Of a DNA stretch of 64,000 nt, positions 14,457-28,444 are shown one piece after another. This DNA is from Vicugna vicugna (lineage: Eukaryota). The stretch lies in assembly GCA_013265495.1 (NCBI GenBank), contig MU058781.1, forward strand, positions 1,344,963 through 1,408,962, written 5' to 3'. Made by a program: the position numbers and the translations under genes. Position 1 is the stretch's first letter, and every line of letters starts with the position of its first letter. The notes beneath the pieces are model-generated. The model ran no database searches. It was not told the origin of the DNA and saw only the letters and a list, made by a program, of their open reading frames with translations.

Positions 14457-14578
14457 TGGGGGAAGGTGGTGGTACAGCCCAGTGGTAGAGCACATGCTTA
14501 GTATGCACGAGGTCCTGAGTTCAACCCCCATGTACCTCCACTGAAAAAATTAAACTAAAGGAATCTTAAAAAAAAAAA
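14457..14578 (+). mobile_element. tRNA-derived SINE (same family)
   Basis: agcccagtggtagagcacatgcttagtatgcacgaggtcctgagttcaacccc followed by an A-tail; aatctct on both flanks. Confidence 0.88.
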
Positions 14579-15349
14579 TCTCTAGACAGTTTGGAAAAGA
14601 AGGCAACACACATGAGTTCCAGCCAATTGTGGGGTAACCTGTCCTTTTTGCAGTTTGGAAAGACTTAGTGCAGGAAAGAAAATAGCAAAGTTTGCTATCC
14701 CTGGAAACAGCGTCCCGTAACTTGGTTAACAGGAACTTGTCTAAACTCAGTCAAACAAGAAAACCTAAACTAGCCATTCTGGACACTAAAAGAGCAACAT
14801 TCTCTCTGTCCCCTCTTTAGTCTCCTACCACAAGGAGGGACAGTGGCCACAGGTCTACTCTGAAAACAATAGACTTTAACCCCCAAGGGTCTACCTTGCC
14901 ACCACAGCCTGCCGCCATCCGGACCTTCACCTTGCAGTTGACAACAGGACTTTATAACCCTGTCAGTTCTCAGCAGAAAGTCCCCACCCACACTGAGAAA
15001 GCCAACCCCTGCTAATTACCTAGTATTATTCCCTGTCGGGTGAGAAATGTTTGTTTTTCCATTACACTAACTTGCATAGTTCCCATGGGTGCTAATGGGA
15101 CTTCCCCACAGACACATAAAAGAGAATAGCCCCTTGAATTTGGACAGATAGAACCTTCTACTGAACTCAGACATTATCTCATTAATTGCCTTTACATCCC
15201 TATGAAGTGACCAGGGGCCAAGCATTACGATGTCTCGTAACCAGATAAAGAAACTGAGAAACATGTCATTAGGTGTGACACACAGAAAAATAGGTATTTT
15301 ACAGAGGGAACTGAGTTGAAATCCCCTGCCCTCCAAGAATTTAGAGACA

Positions 15350-15647
15350 TTCTGTTCAGTATGGTAGTCACCAGCCATGTAAGGCTGTTGAGCACTTGAA
15401 ATGCCGCCAGTCCAATTGAGATGTGCTCTTAAGTATAAAATACACATCAGGTTTTGAAGCCTTGATATGAAAAAGTAAAATAGCTCATTAATGATTTTGT
15501 GCTGATTACATGTTGAAATGCAAAGCTATTTTTGATATATTGACTTACATAGAATAATTGAAACTGATTTCATCCTTTTAATTTTTTAATGTCACTGTTA
15601 AAAAATAGCACATTCATAGCTTGCATTATACTTCTATCGGCAGAGCT
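15350..15647 (-). mobile_element. MER33-like hAT-Charlie DNA transposon
   Basis: gtatggtagtcaccagccatgtaaggctgttgagcacttgaaatg...gcttgcattatacttctatcggcagagc. Confidence 0.8.
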
Positions 15648-16129
15648 CCTTTTTGACCTTTACGAATAATGCCTGTTTACATGGGTGGGGGGGGAATGTG
15701 ACCAAAGGTCTTGAGTTCTAGTCCTGCTTCTACTACTGACCAACTAGAAAGCTGTTTGATCTTGGTAAAATTACTCTCGTGATTTCCATGAGCTTTGGTT
15801 TCCTTCTTGATAAAATGAAAATTTTGGATGATTGATTGTAAGGATCCCTTCCAGCTCTGATAACTAATAACTTTAAAATAACTCTACCTTCTCACTTCTG
15901 GATCCTGACCAAATTCCAAAGAAGTCCTCAAATACTCGTTTCCAGGACAAGATGGAGAGGTCTGCTCTTGTTGAGGGGTCTGCATCTGTTCTATTCTGAG
16001 TCAGCTCCAGATGAAAGGACTCCTGGAATTTGGAGAGGAATGTTAGATTAACTCTCAGGAATACAAATTCACCTGAGAGATGCAAGAAGGTTTGGTTATA
16101 CTGCATTCTATGATTCAACACGCAGGCTT

Positions 16130-16550
16130 CTGTATCAATCAGGACAGACTGGGTTATGCTGTATAACAAACAACCCCAAATTCTCTATGAATGCCTCAAG
16201 GAAAGATTTATTCCTTGATTATGATATATGTTCATTTCTGGTCATTAGGGGTTTTTTTGTTTGTTTTGTTTTGTCTTGTAATCACTCAGGAACTCAGGCT
16301 AATGGAGAAGGCATCTTCTCAAGTATTGCCAGTTGCTATTTCTGGTAGAAGAGCGACACTAGAGGGTCTCACATAGATAATGATATGGTCCAGCTCAGAA
16401 GTGACTCAAGTAACTTTTACTCTATCTCATTGGCCAGAATTGGCCCCATGGCCCTACCCAATTGCAAAGGGGCCAATTGTAACCCTACCATGTGCCCAGA
16501 AGGTGAAGAGCTGGAAATGTTTGACATATAGACTTATGACCGCTACTTGT
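16130..16550 (-). mobile_element. Old MLT1J/K-like LTR
   Basis: caggacagactgggttatgctgtataacaaacaacccc...cattggccagaa...catggccc. Confidence 0.7.
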
Positions 16551-16698
16551 CCCAAGATTGATCCTAAACTTACTCAGTCTCCATAAGTATGACCCAGCAT
16601 GATACGATATAAACCCAGATCCATGCAGACTGGAAGGAATCTCTAAACCACAATCAGATACTTGAACAATATCAGGCCAGGCACTAAGGACTTCCCAA

Positions 16699-16861
16699 TA
16701 ATCATCATTCAGTTTTTGATTTACTGGGCGTCCATGCTTTTTAAGACACTTGGTAAAGAGAGCAAATGACTAATCATCATTCAGTTTTGTTTTGTTTTGT
16801 TTGTTTTAATTGATGGGGCATATATGCTTTTTTAAGACATTCGGCAAAAAGAGGGAGTGAC
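16699..16861. repeat. Diverged tandem duplication (~72 bp unit)
   Basis: taatcatcattcagtttt...atgcttttt...aagaca...tgac occurs at 16699 and 16771. Confidence 0.8.
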
Positions 16862-17839
16862 TTGTGTCTATGTTTCCCATTTTTGCCACGTTAACCCCTG
16901 TCATATAAAACCAGGCTCCAAAAATCGAAAACTGTGGTTTCACAGGTTTCATCCCCAGGGATCAATGGCCTCACTGATCTATATTCAAGCAACCTCACAC
17001 AAATATCGCCACCATCAGAAACAAGCAAAAATTCCTGCCAGGGTTATGCTAATCATCCAGCTCACATTCAGGGCAGCACAGAGCTGCTTCCTTAGACGTT
17101 CTCTCTGAGGAAGGCTCCATTCCAACCAAAAAACTACTCTCTACAAATGCACACCTGGGGCCTGCCCCGTGGGGCACAGAGCTCTCCAGTGGCCTCCACC
17201 AGGAATGGCACCGCCCTGGATACTATCGGCTGGACACTGGGTTTTTCATTCAGCTAATTTACACCATACAGACCCTTCTGTCCACTCCAGGCATGTGGAC
17301 AAACAAATGCAGCAAGATTACCAACTAACACACTGAATGGCTCAGCACAACACATAATATTAGATGGGTACCTCTGTAAAGCAGTCCATTTTAGCCAAGG
17401 GATTGCCAATGGTGAGTTACCTTAACGTATTTCGAGCCCAACGCTGTGGAGGACGCCTCATCTTGCCTCCTGGGGTATAGTGTTTCGGTCCAAGCAGAAC
17501 CTCAGCATGTATCCTGAGTCCTGAGTCACTGCAGTGATCTATCTACAGTTGCTGCTCCCCAGTGACCAGTCCCCATGTCCAGACTGTGCTTCCCAGAATC
17601 GCTTCCTCAACCCATTTGGAGGTGACCCATTTTTGCTGGTTAAGTAGCAGCTGCAGAAAAGCCCTGTGGCTGTTCACATGGCTGATGGAAAGTGCTGGGT
17701 CAGATGCACTTCTGAAAGCAACCCCGATGCTTTGCTCCCCCCAAAAAACTCAGGCTACCGTGATGGACATTTTTGTACTATGTCTATGCCTCGAACAAAT
17801 TAAGCTGAGGCCAAAAACATGTTTAACTGAAAATAGAAC

Positions 17840-18060
17840 AGGAGCTAACATTTCTGAGTCTTTAACCCATGCTAGGCGCCTTGCTCAGAGCTTACTGCAT
17901 TCACTCATTTCATCCTCCCAACAACCGTATGAGGGAATTACTATCATTATTTCATTTTATATGTGAACAGATTGATATGTTGGCAAATCAGGTAATTTGT
18001 CTAAACTCATACAGCTATAAAATACAAGAATCCGGATTCAGAGCCAAGATTCAAACACTG
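17840..18060 (-). mobile_element. MIR SINE
   Basis: agctaacatttctgag...tcatttcatcctcccaacaaccgtatgagg...cattttatatgtga. Confidence 0.7.
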
Positions 18061-18071
18061 GCCTCAACCCT

Positions 18072-18452
18072 GGTGCATCAGCAGGGGTTCTCCAGAGAAA
18101 CAGAACCAATAAGATAGATAGATAAAAATTTATTTTAAAGGAATTGTGAGGGCTGACAGGTCTGAAATCCGTAGGGCAGGCTGGCAGATGAGAAACTCAG
18201 GCAGAAGCTGATACTACAGTCTTGAGGCAGAATTTCTTCTTCCCTGAGAAACTTCAGGTTTCGCTCTTGAGACCTTCAAATTATTGGATGAGTTCCACCC
18301 ACATTACCAAGGGGAGTCTCTTCTACTTAGAGTCAGCTGATAGTGGAAGCTAACTACTTCTACAAAACACTTTCACAGCAACACCTAGGATAATGCGTTT
18401 GATTATGTAATTGGGCTGTATGTCCTAGCCAAGCTGACATGTAAGCATTACA
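18072..18452 (-). mobile_element. MLT2-like LTR (ERVL)
   Basis: gggttctccagagaaacagaaccaata...cctagccaagctgacat. Confidence 0.85.
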
Positions 18453-21400
18453 CCCGGTTGTCTGATTAATCAGCTGCACCCCTATCCCCTGTACCATACT
18501 GCCCAGTGATGGTATTGGTCTTCAAGCTGATGCAATTTACTATCATTTCTGCATCTGGAAGTACACAAAGGATCGTTCTCTTCAGACAAGTTGGGTGCTT
18601 TCATGAGTCTTCTACCATTGGCAGGCTGTCTCCAAACTTTCAAAACCCAGTCCACATGTCACCTCCTACTTTGGTAGCCCCAGCAATGAGACTGACTCAA
18701 AAAGAGAATCCAGAAATTGAATTAAGGAAGGATGTTCTTTACTACTGCTGAAACATTGCAATAATCTACCTCCCAAATCAGAAGAACCAGAAGAGAGGGC
18801 CTCAAGGGAAAAGGACCCTAGGGGTTCTTGTGATCCAGCAAAATACTTGAAGTGGCAGGTGATCAACAAATGGATGCCAAGTCACTGAAAGGACGAATAA
18901 AAGCCAAAAAAAAAAAAAAGTGGTAGTAGAAGGACTTTTGGCACAAAGCAAATTACAGAATCTCCAAATCAGGGAATTTTTTTAGCCTGAAGTCCCTCCT
19001 TCAAATCTAGCTGGGTTTGTGGATTGGCTTCAGGTGGGGGGGTCTCCATGAATTCCCCAAAAATATATACACAATATTGTGGGCACCTGCCTATGTGAGT
19101 TACTTAGAGAATGCTCAAATATCTCCATTTTCATACTACCTGTGACAGTCCCAATTTGTTCCTATCTTAGTTCAATTAATTTTTAAATTGTTTTTAATAT
19201 CTCCTTTCGTTTTCAAAAGGATTCTGGCTTGTACAGGATTGAAAACCATCATCTAGACCTTTAGCCACCTATCTACCTTCACTGCCAGGCGATTGCGAGA
19301 GTCCTGCAGCAAGAAGAAAATGTTCCCTGGCCTATTCCTGCATTGTCTCGTGCAGCCAGCATCCCCGCTCTGCACAGAGGCTGGTGCGAATTAGACCAGA
19401 GTTACAGCTGGGTGGTAAGTGTCCCAGACTCTGGCTGTGCCCTTGATACTCATGGGCCATTAATCGTAAGTGAAACTAGATCACCAAAAGAACCAACAGC
19501 ATTCCTGGGAACAACAGAAAATACATGTCCTGCTGACAAGGCATCAGTGAAACCAATGCCATAGCACATTCTTTTAAGGGAGGTGACCTGAGGCTTTTCT
19601 CAATGGAAACTTACCTTGATAGATAATGATGAGAATGTGATTTGCTGACTAGGAGAGAAGGGACCAGCATGGATCATTGTGCTTGCTTCTCCCACGAGAG
19701 GAGGGTATCGGCTGTTACACCAGGCTTAGAAATTGCTCTGTGATCAACCCCTCAATAAAGACGGATATATCAGAGAAATTTCTATAATGAGGTACCCTGA
19801 TCACATTTTCTGAGTCAAACACTGGGACTCATGTGCTAAGGAGCATTCACAGGAGAAAGCTGGGACTGTCTCAGTTTATCAAGCACCTGGACTTCCCAAG
19901 GGTGACATATAGAAAAGTCAAACATGTATTCATTCATTCATTCATGCTACGTGAAAGACACAAAAAGGAAAATGTAACAAGCGAAAATTAAATTAAAATG
20001 TAATCCCTCCCACTAGACACTGCCAGTGAACTTGCTGGGGAAGATGAGGCACAGAGAAAGACAATGAAATAGATGAATAGCCAAGGTGAGGGGTACCATG
20101 GGAATTCTTCCTAAAGATCCGACTAGAGGAAGGTTAATAGATACTGGGATATTGAGAGAAGAGATTGTGGAACTGGGGGAATCTTTAGAAACGAGCACAA
20201 TTTGCACAGGCAAAGAGAAAAGGAAAAGGCACAGCCAGCAGAGGTCCCATCCCCAAGCATGGGTCCTGTCTCCAAGGAGTTCTCAGCTGTACAACAGCCC
20301 CCCCACCATGTTATACCACAGCTCTGGGTGCTGTAGGTGCACCCGAGAACCAGGGAACTGAAGAGGGGAGACATTTCCCCATTTTCAGACCAAGCTAAAA
20401 CAACCCAGTTGGCCTCTGCCCACGGCGGGGAGATGGGGCTCACTGTCTATGTTTCCCAAGGCTCTGAGTAGTCCATCCGTCAAGATCCTAAACTCCTCCA
20501 ACAGGTTTTGGGGCATGTGATTCATGTCTTTTCTGATTCACTCAGGGATGATGTCCATCATTTCCATTTCTTCTTTTGTATTTAACCCCATAACAACGTA
20601 TCTAAAAAGCTTTCTGCTTTAGAGCCTAGAAGAGAATGACTCATTCCACCAGTGAAGGTTCAAGTGCAGAATGAATGTCTTCGTTGACTGCTATGATCTG
20701 TCATTTCAGGCAGGAGGCTATTTCGAGGTTTATTGTTCAGTGGTTCTGTGTTTTGTTTTGCCTTTCTGCATCTTAAAGACTTTAAATCTTTTACAACATA
20801 AAGGCACAATGCCAGGAAATATCTGATATTTCAGGAGCTCATATGCACACTAAAGCATCTCGTTCATTCTACTGGTTCCCTGATCCCATCTTTCTAGAGA
20901 TTTTTAGGTCAGGGCTGTTGACCCTAAAGATAATAATTTATTGGAATATCTTGAAACCTTCTTATCTGACGGTTTTCCAAAGAAGTTATTGCTGTCATAC
21001 CCTAGAGAATGACACTTGTAATCAAAAGTGTTCATTAAAACATTAAAGAGATCCATTTTTGTCACACAAAACAAAGAAATTCAACTTCAAGGACTGTAAC
21101 AATCAGGTGACAGATTTCCACGAGGAGGTGGGTGGTAGCCTCTGAAGAGCACTGGAAATCAGATTCTGGTCAGATCAAAACACAGCTTGGGTTTTTACAA
21201 AAGATGATATTCTGAAAATTGTAGCTCAGTGAGTGCCATATCTTTCACTGGCAGAATTCTAGAAAAGTAAACACAGTGGGGAAAATATCTTGTGAACATT
21301 ATAAAAAAATAAGATAAAGATCACAGCAAAGCAGGGAGGGTTCACTGAGAATGCTCAAGAGAGTTGACTTCCTTTTCATGTAAGATTATCAGCCTAAAGA

Positions 21401-22009
21401 AACTTTTCAACAGCAGGCCCTCCACTTCTTGAAGTTTTTGATAAAATCTCTTTTACGCCTGTGGTGTTGATGGAGAAATGTATGCTGGGTGATAACAGAG
21501 TTCTAGAGGAATCAAACTTAGTCAAACAGCTTTACACAAGAATACTTGCTTCCTGTGGGTGGGCTGTCCTTGAGTGTGCACGCGGCTGGGGTTATTGCCA
21601 AGCTTTTCTTCCGGGCTCAGTGTTATCGTCCAAGAGGAGGCTTCTTGGCTCACCTGTCTTCCAGGTTGTCTCTGCTACTCCATCCTCATGAGGTAAACTT
21701 GACATGACAATGCCTGAGGACCTACAGTGTTGATAATTTTGACCCTGAAATGGGACAGAAGCATATTACATAGACAATGTGAAATGCCTTCTATTATGTA
21801 AAGAGGAGATAAAAAAATCTATATAGTACATAGTGTATAAATTAACTAATAGCATGAACGGCCAAGGTGGATAACGGCAAGGCAGGATGGGAAACAGGCA
21901 GATGAGGGAAGGAATAAGAGAGAGCTTTTCACTGTATAACTTTTTGTGTATTTTTTTTACCATATAAGAAGGTCTGTTAGTTAGCTTTTATCAATATTGA
22001 TCTTACGAC

Positions 22010-22400
22010 TTTTTTACTGAGGTAACGTTGGGTTTACAACATTACATAAATTTCCTGTGTACATTGTATTTTGACTTCTGTCTACATTACAGCATCCTCA
22101 CTACCAAAAATTTAGCTTCCATTCGTCACCATACAGTTGAACCCCCTTTACCCATCTCACCCTCCTCCCACCCCTCCTCTCTGGTAACCAATACTCTGTT
22201 CCCTTTCTCTATGTGTTTGTTTTGGTTTGGTTTGGTTTGTTCATTCATTTATTTTTTTTTTTATATTCTACATGTGAATGAAATGATCCAGTATTTGTCT
22301 TTCTTTGTCTGACTTATTTCACTTAGCGCCATACCCTCAAGGTCCATCTATGTTGTCACAAATGGCAGGATTTCATCATTTTTTACGGCTGAGTATTTTG
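22010..22400 (-). mobile_element. L1 (L1MA-like) 3' fragment
   Basis: gtatttgtctttctttgtctgacttatttcacttagc...tccatctatgttgtcacaaatggcaggatttc. Confidence 0.85.
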
Positions 22401-22540
22401 TGTCATTTTTGAACCCATCTGAATGTACTAGAATGTATTCAAAAATCAAACATATTGATTTTCAGGTTAAAGTAAAGTATCACCATCACACATGTTAACA
22501 TTCATTGCCTCTGGACAGAGAAATCAAACAGCGAGAAGAT

Positions 22541-23005
22541 GGTATCTTAGTCTCTTAGGGCTGTTGTCACAAGGCCCCACAAACTGGATGGCTTAAAACC
22601 AACAGAAATTTATTCTCTTGCCGTCCTGGAGGCTAGAAGTCCAATACCCAGGTGTCAGCAGGGACTTGCTCCCTCTAAAGCTCTGGGTAAATATCCTTGC
22701 TTGCCTCTTCCTAACTTCTAGTGGTGGCTGGCAGTCCTTGGTGTTCCTCGATTCCAGAAGCCTCACACTCCAATCTCTTCCTCTGTCATCACATGGCCCT
22801 CCTCTCAGTTGGTGTCAGTGTCCAAATTTCCCTCCTCCTATAGGGACACGGATCATATTTCATTAAGCGCCCACCCAACTCCAGTATGACCTCAATTCAA
22901 CTCATCACATCTGCAATGACCCTATTTCCAAATAAGGTCACATTCTGGGGCACTGGGGTTAGAACTCCAACATATCTTTTGGAGACACATCATACAGCTC
23001 ATAAA
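22541..23005 (-). mobile_element. MLT1B/C-like solo LTR
   Basis: cacaaactggatggcttaaaa...tggaggctagaagtcca...ctatttccaaataaggtcacattctg. Confidence 0.88.
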
Positions 23006-23877
23006 AGACAGGATGGGGGGAAATTTTCATACCGTCTCCTTTCTATTTTTTCATGCCATGTACAAAAGAAAAGTGCTTAACATTTCAAAAATGAAAGACT
23101 GCTGTCACAGACAAATGTGCGCACTGTCGGAAAAGGAGCGTTCCCTGTTCGGGCTGCATTCTGAAACCTCGCTGTACGAGAATTCTGCCTGCACTTGTGC
23201 TGGCTTGGGGATTGGGTTGTTTTGTTGGGTTTTTTCGTGTTGTTTTTTTTTTTTGTTTCCAGCATGCTAAAAGAAAAGCAAAAAATACACGCCAGGGAAG
23301 CATATGTGTGTTTACACCAGCCCTCAGAAGCCCTGATCATTCCATGACCTCGGTGCGGGCACAGTGGGCCCCTACTGGTCCAGAATCATTTTAGTACAAC
23401 TGGCCCAAAGCATCCTTCACTTTCGGTTTACATTCCTCGCCTGTAAATACAGGAAGAGGCAAATATGTATCACCCAGGATCCTCCTCCCCAGCGTTTATT
23501 AATTACCCAATAAAATCGAATGGTTTCATCATTAATTCAGATGACGCCCATTCACCTAGAAAGCCACAGGAAATTCCGGCGGCAAAGAGGCCACGGGCCA
23601 GGCAGCAGCTGATATTTCAACTGTGATATCCTGGAGGAGTTCGTTTGTCAAAATGAAAAAGGAGTTAAATTGTTTGCTGGCAACAATTCAGAGTTGTAGG
23701 AGGTTTCAGGGAGGTGGGAAGGCTATGAGTTCTCTCTGCTCACTGTAAACCCACCATGAACACATGGGGGTTTCTTTAAAAACAGCTCCTATTAAATTGA
23801 AAAATCAGGGGCAGTTTCAAATGCAAAGAGATCCAATTAAGTCTCAGACCCTCAGGAACACATCTTTTCTCAAAATA

Positions 23878-24073
23878 TAGTTGATCCTTGAACAATGTGG
23901 GGGTTAGGGGAGCCCACCCACGCGGAGTTGAAAAATCACTGTATAAATTTACAATCAGCACGTCTTTTCCATGGTTCCACATCCTTGGATTCAGCCAACC
24001 GCAGATCTTGTAGTACGTATTTATCGAAAAAAAATTGTGTGTAAGTCGACCTGTGTTGTTCAAGGGTCAGCTA
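23878..24073. mobile_element. Tigger2-derived MITE (TcMar)
   Basis: Terminal inverted repeats tagttgatccttgaacaa / ttgttcaagggtcagcta, each flanked by a TA target duplication. Confidence 0.88.
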
Positions 24074-24517
24074 TATACCCATTTCCAAATCACTTTTGAT
24101 TATTGCCCTTTATTTAACATTTTTCACACCAAAAGAGCTAAACCTTCATAAAAGATATCTTATTAACCTAATATATTTTTGTTACTAATATACGTAAGGC
24201 TCTTTGCCAATCGCTATTAAGAGCACAGATAATAAAGAAAGCATAGGTCCTGCCCGCAATATTTTTGACATCTGGTGAAGGAGATACACATAAACAATGA
24301 ACCAAACACAAAGTGGAGTGAGAATATTCCTCATGCTTTACCTGAAGCATGCACAGCATTACATTAATTAACTGTATCATAAAGACACAGGATGTTCAGC
24401 AAATAATGATGGTCATCACAGGTTCGCAGCAAAGCGGGTCAAACAGAATTAAAACAGGGTTAGATAAAGTTACAAGAATTATGCTGTAAGAAGTCAGGAA
24501 AAGAGACAATTGCTTCT

Positions 24518-24755
24518 GGGAAGGGACAAATTGGGAGTTCGAGATTTGCAAATACTAACTACTATATATAAAATAGATTTAAAAAAACAATTTCTTCTGT
24601 ATAGCACAGGGAACTATCTTCAATATCTTGTAGCAAACTATAATGAAAACGAATATGAAAATGAATGTATGCATATATACATATGATTGAAAATTATGCT
24701 GTAGACCAGAAATGGACACATTGTAACTGACTATACTTCAGTTAAAAAAAAAAAG
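24518..24755 (+). mobile_element. L1 3'-end fragment with poly-A and TSD
   Basis: ctgtatagcacagggaactat...cattgtaactgactatacttcagttaaaaaaaa; flanks gacaattgcttctg / gatgattgcttctg. Confidence 0.9.
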
Positions 24756-27049
24756 GAGAGAGAGAAAGATGATTGCTTCTGACTCGAGAGATTAGAGATG
24801 CTTTACAAGATGAATTTGTAAACTGAGATTTAAAGGATAAGAATTATTTATTGTTTTCTGAGTGGGAAGACTGGCATTCAAGGCTGAGCAAGGGCCAGGA
24901 GGAGTCTTGTAAGGTCCTGATATATTCAAGGCAAAAGATTAGAGCAGCCAAAGCACGGTGCTGGGGAGCATTTTACGAACAAAAGTCTGGAAATGCAGTT
25001 TGAGGTTGGATCCAGAAAGGCCTTACCTCCCAGGCTAAGAGTTTCCGAAGTTAATCTTTATGAAAGGAGAACTGTTGCAGTTTTGTGCAGAGGACATGGA
25101 TATAATTAGACCTATGTTTAGGAATATAACTCTAGGCTACAATAAAATACTCAGCATTAATCCAGGGTGGCAGATGAACTGGGGTGAAGGAAAACCATAC
25201 ATGAGGATCTCAGAGGGGAAGGCTTGGTGTGAGCTCATTCCCAGCCTAATTATAAAGCCACCTGACATCTTCAAAGCACTCTGCAATTTTACGGTGTCCG
25301 TTATTTTATCTAATCCACCCAACATTCCCATGAGATGTATATTATTATGCCCATTTTACAGGTGAGGAAATGAAGCTCATTCATATTAAGTAGTTCGTCC
25401 ACTGCTAAAAACTGTGCTTCTGCATCCGAATCTACTCCTCTTTCCACTCAACCACAGCCGACTCCAAACATGCCCATCTTGATTTTACAGTGACGGTTAC
25501 TGAGTCAAAGGTACCTAGGGTTGTAGATAAAAAGGTAGAACTATTTGGGAGCTTAGAAATGCGTTTCCTTTCAACAAAATTGCCTCTTGGGTCATTCTTG
25601 CGTGGGAACACACACAGACACACACCCCCAAAAAGCCTTGCGCAGCAAGATTGAAAGTGAAGCAAATGTTAGCAGTCAACTTTTAAACTTTTGAAAACGG
25701 TGTCATGAAAGGAGTAACAGCCACAATAACAAGGCTACAATAAAACAGTCAATACTAATATGGTGTGAATGAGAAGGATTGTTGGTTACATTCCCTTAGG
25801 AATGCGGGGCAGCCTTCTCATGGCTCCCCTGCAACCTCGTCTGAACTGGTAACAAACAGCTTTTGTGTCCCTGTCTGTGTGACTGTGGTATGTGACCAGA
25901 CAAGCAGCCACTTCACACAAGAAGGATTTATATATAAAGGCTTATATATCTACAGTAGCCACTTCTGACCCAGATGGATTGAAATGCTCTTTGAGAAGCA
26001 CTGTGCCGTCCCATCCCCCTCCATCTGGGGAAGCCACTAACCAGCTGACTAGCTCTGTCCTTTGTTGGCAGTGAGTCCTAAGCCAGGTTTCCTGCCAACG
26101 CCCCCGCAGCGTGTCCTTAGGACTACCCAGGGTGTCTTTCTGGGTGGTAGGGCTTTTTCTTTTTTAAACTTTCACGGAATGGGGAACAGGAAGTTCTATG
26201 ATTCTTTTTAAATGAGGCCATATCAGGTAAACTATTTTCATGGCCATTTTTATCCCCCTTCCCACCTCAGGCCACTGATCTTTCTCCCCTCTTACTCCAG
26301 TTGCTCAGTAATTATCATCATTTCCACTCTCTTAATTGTTTGAGTCCAACTATTAGTACATTTTCGAACTGGTCTTATGTTCCACTACTTAAATGACTTT
26401 ACAGAGTGAAAAATTCCTTCCCAAGCTGTCTCCAAAACTCTCAAATATTGGGCTCAGCAATTTCTTGGGCAAAGCTTTGAGCAAGATGTAAAAGTGGTAA
26501 TTACAGTTAGCCCAAAGGATAAAAACTGCAAACCAAAAAAATAAATTACTTATGATCTTGTGGATGGATTTTATCGCTTTCTCTGTGTATTAAAATTTGA
26601 TATCTTAACCTTTGCATGAGTGGAAGGAATCATGTTGGCAAAGTCAACAGCCATCGATTTGTAACTAATGACATAGAATATCATCTGTCCAAAAACATCT
26701 CCCTTCTAAGGGTGTCAAAGTCTTATCTAGCAGTTTCTTCCTGCAGCAGGGAAACTGAGGCCAAAAGTTGGTTTTCCAGGCTTCTCCAGAGTCAATTAAT
26801 TTCTGCAGGAACAAGAGGAATAAAGGAGAATTCACTTTTTTCATTTTGAGACTGAATGGGGGGAGGGGCATCTTTGTCTATCAAGGCATGAATTGGGAAG
26901 CTTTTTACCAGTAAAATAATGACAAAGTACGAAGTTTAGGACAAACCATCCAAAGCAATTGCTGCTTCTTAACTAACCAAACGCAGCAGCCACAATAGTG
27001 AACCTGGTGGTTTCGGACAGCTGGAGTGGTAGGGCAAATTCATTAGCTA

Positions 27050-27290
27050 GTCCACGGGTTACCAACCTTTTTTTTTTTCCACTATCACTCCCTCTAAGAA
27101 GAAAAAAACAAATTAACTTAAAGTCTATCTAACAAGAGGAATTAAATACAAAGGAATAAGATTTTGTCGAGTATGACTGATCTTGGAGAACCACAGACCA
27201 TTTTAATATCTAAAATTTTTTTGCCCCCTAAGAAACAATCTTTGCCCTTCTGAAGGCACTATCAGCTCAAATGAGAATGAATGCTCTAGC
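27050..27290. mobile_element. Old non-autonomous hAT element (MER96-like)
   Basis: caacctttttt...cactatcactcccctctaag and ttttgcccctaagaaacaat...tgagaatgaatg resemble MER96-type termini (from memory). Confidence 0.5.
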
Positions 27291-28444
27291 CTAAATACAT
27301 ATATCAAAACGATTAGCTGATCTGCCCCCACTGTGTGCATGAATCTCTATTAAAACGTATCTCATTGTTATGTAATTATATTTTTACTCATTGGCCTCCC
27401 CACCAGCATGGAAACTTCTCAATAGAATTTTTGAATGCCCGGCAAAGCACTCAAAAGTGTTGAATGAACAAATGAACACATGAATGAATGTAATATAAAG
27501 ACTGATTACTGCAACAGTTAAGAAGCCGGTATGTCCTTAATAGCTCTGCCTCTTTATGCTTTGACTAACTGACCCTAGTTTCAAGCATTAAAGACATCTC
27601 CAGGTGTCACCCCAGACAAGCAACTCATGTGAAAAGGCACTAAAGGTTTTCAAACACCGACAAGGGCTTGCCCACTTTTTGGGGATGACAGGTGCAGTGG
27701 GCGGTGACAGAGACTTGATGTTTGTTTGATGTCTTTGTGACCATTTCTTTACCAGACACAATAAGGTGTGGGAAGTAGTAATTATGTTGTCTCAAAGCAG
27801 CACAGCAAATTTACTCACAAAAATGAACACTTAACCTTTCTCACGGTTGTGCCTGGACTGGCTGCTAAGAGTGATGGCCAACAGCAAGGCTGATGACCCC
27901 GGCAAGGCAGGACAGAGCACCCTGCAATTAGAAGGGAGGATATCCCTAGGAAAGCCTGCGGAGGGTGGGCGGGGAGCATCAGACCCACTTCTGCCAGACC
28001 CTGAGGTCCCACAGGAGGCAGGGACCCTCATCAGGAAGGGCCAAGTCACCTCCAGTAGTGTTTTCTGCATTGAACCAGCACACTCTACCTCACTCCTACC
28101 AGATCCATCACCCCCTACATCTCAAAACAATTGCTCAGCCAAAGGTCAATCAATTTTGGTGACTGCTGCTGCAGAGGAGGTTTTGGAGGTACTAGCATGT
28201 ACAGATAAGGGAGAGCAGATTGTAAGAATAATAATAACCAAAATTGCTGTTTATTCCTGCAGCATTGTGGCAATTCGAAAAGGTTTCTGAATTTTATCTT
28301 CACCACACTGTGAACAATATAGACTAGACAAGGATTAGTCCCATTTTATAACATAGAAAACTGAGGGCCGACACCTTGCCCTTGATCACAATGGTGCATT
28401 TTGTGCTCTAGTGCCATGGGTTGCTCTCTGGTGGCCTAAGATAC

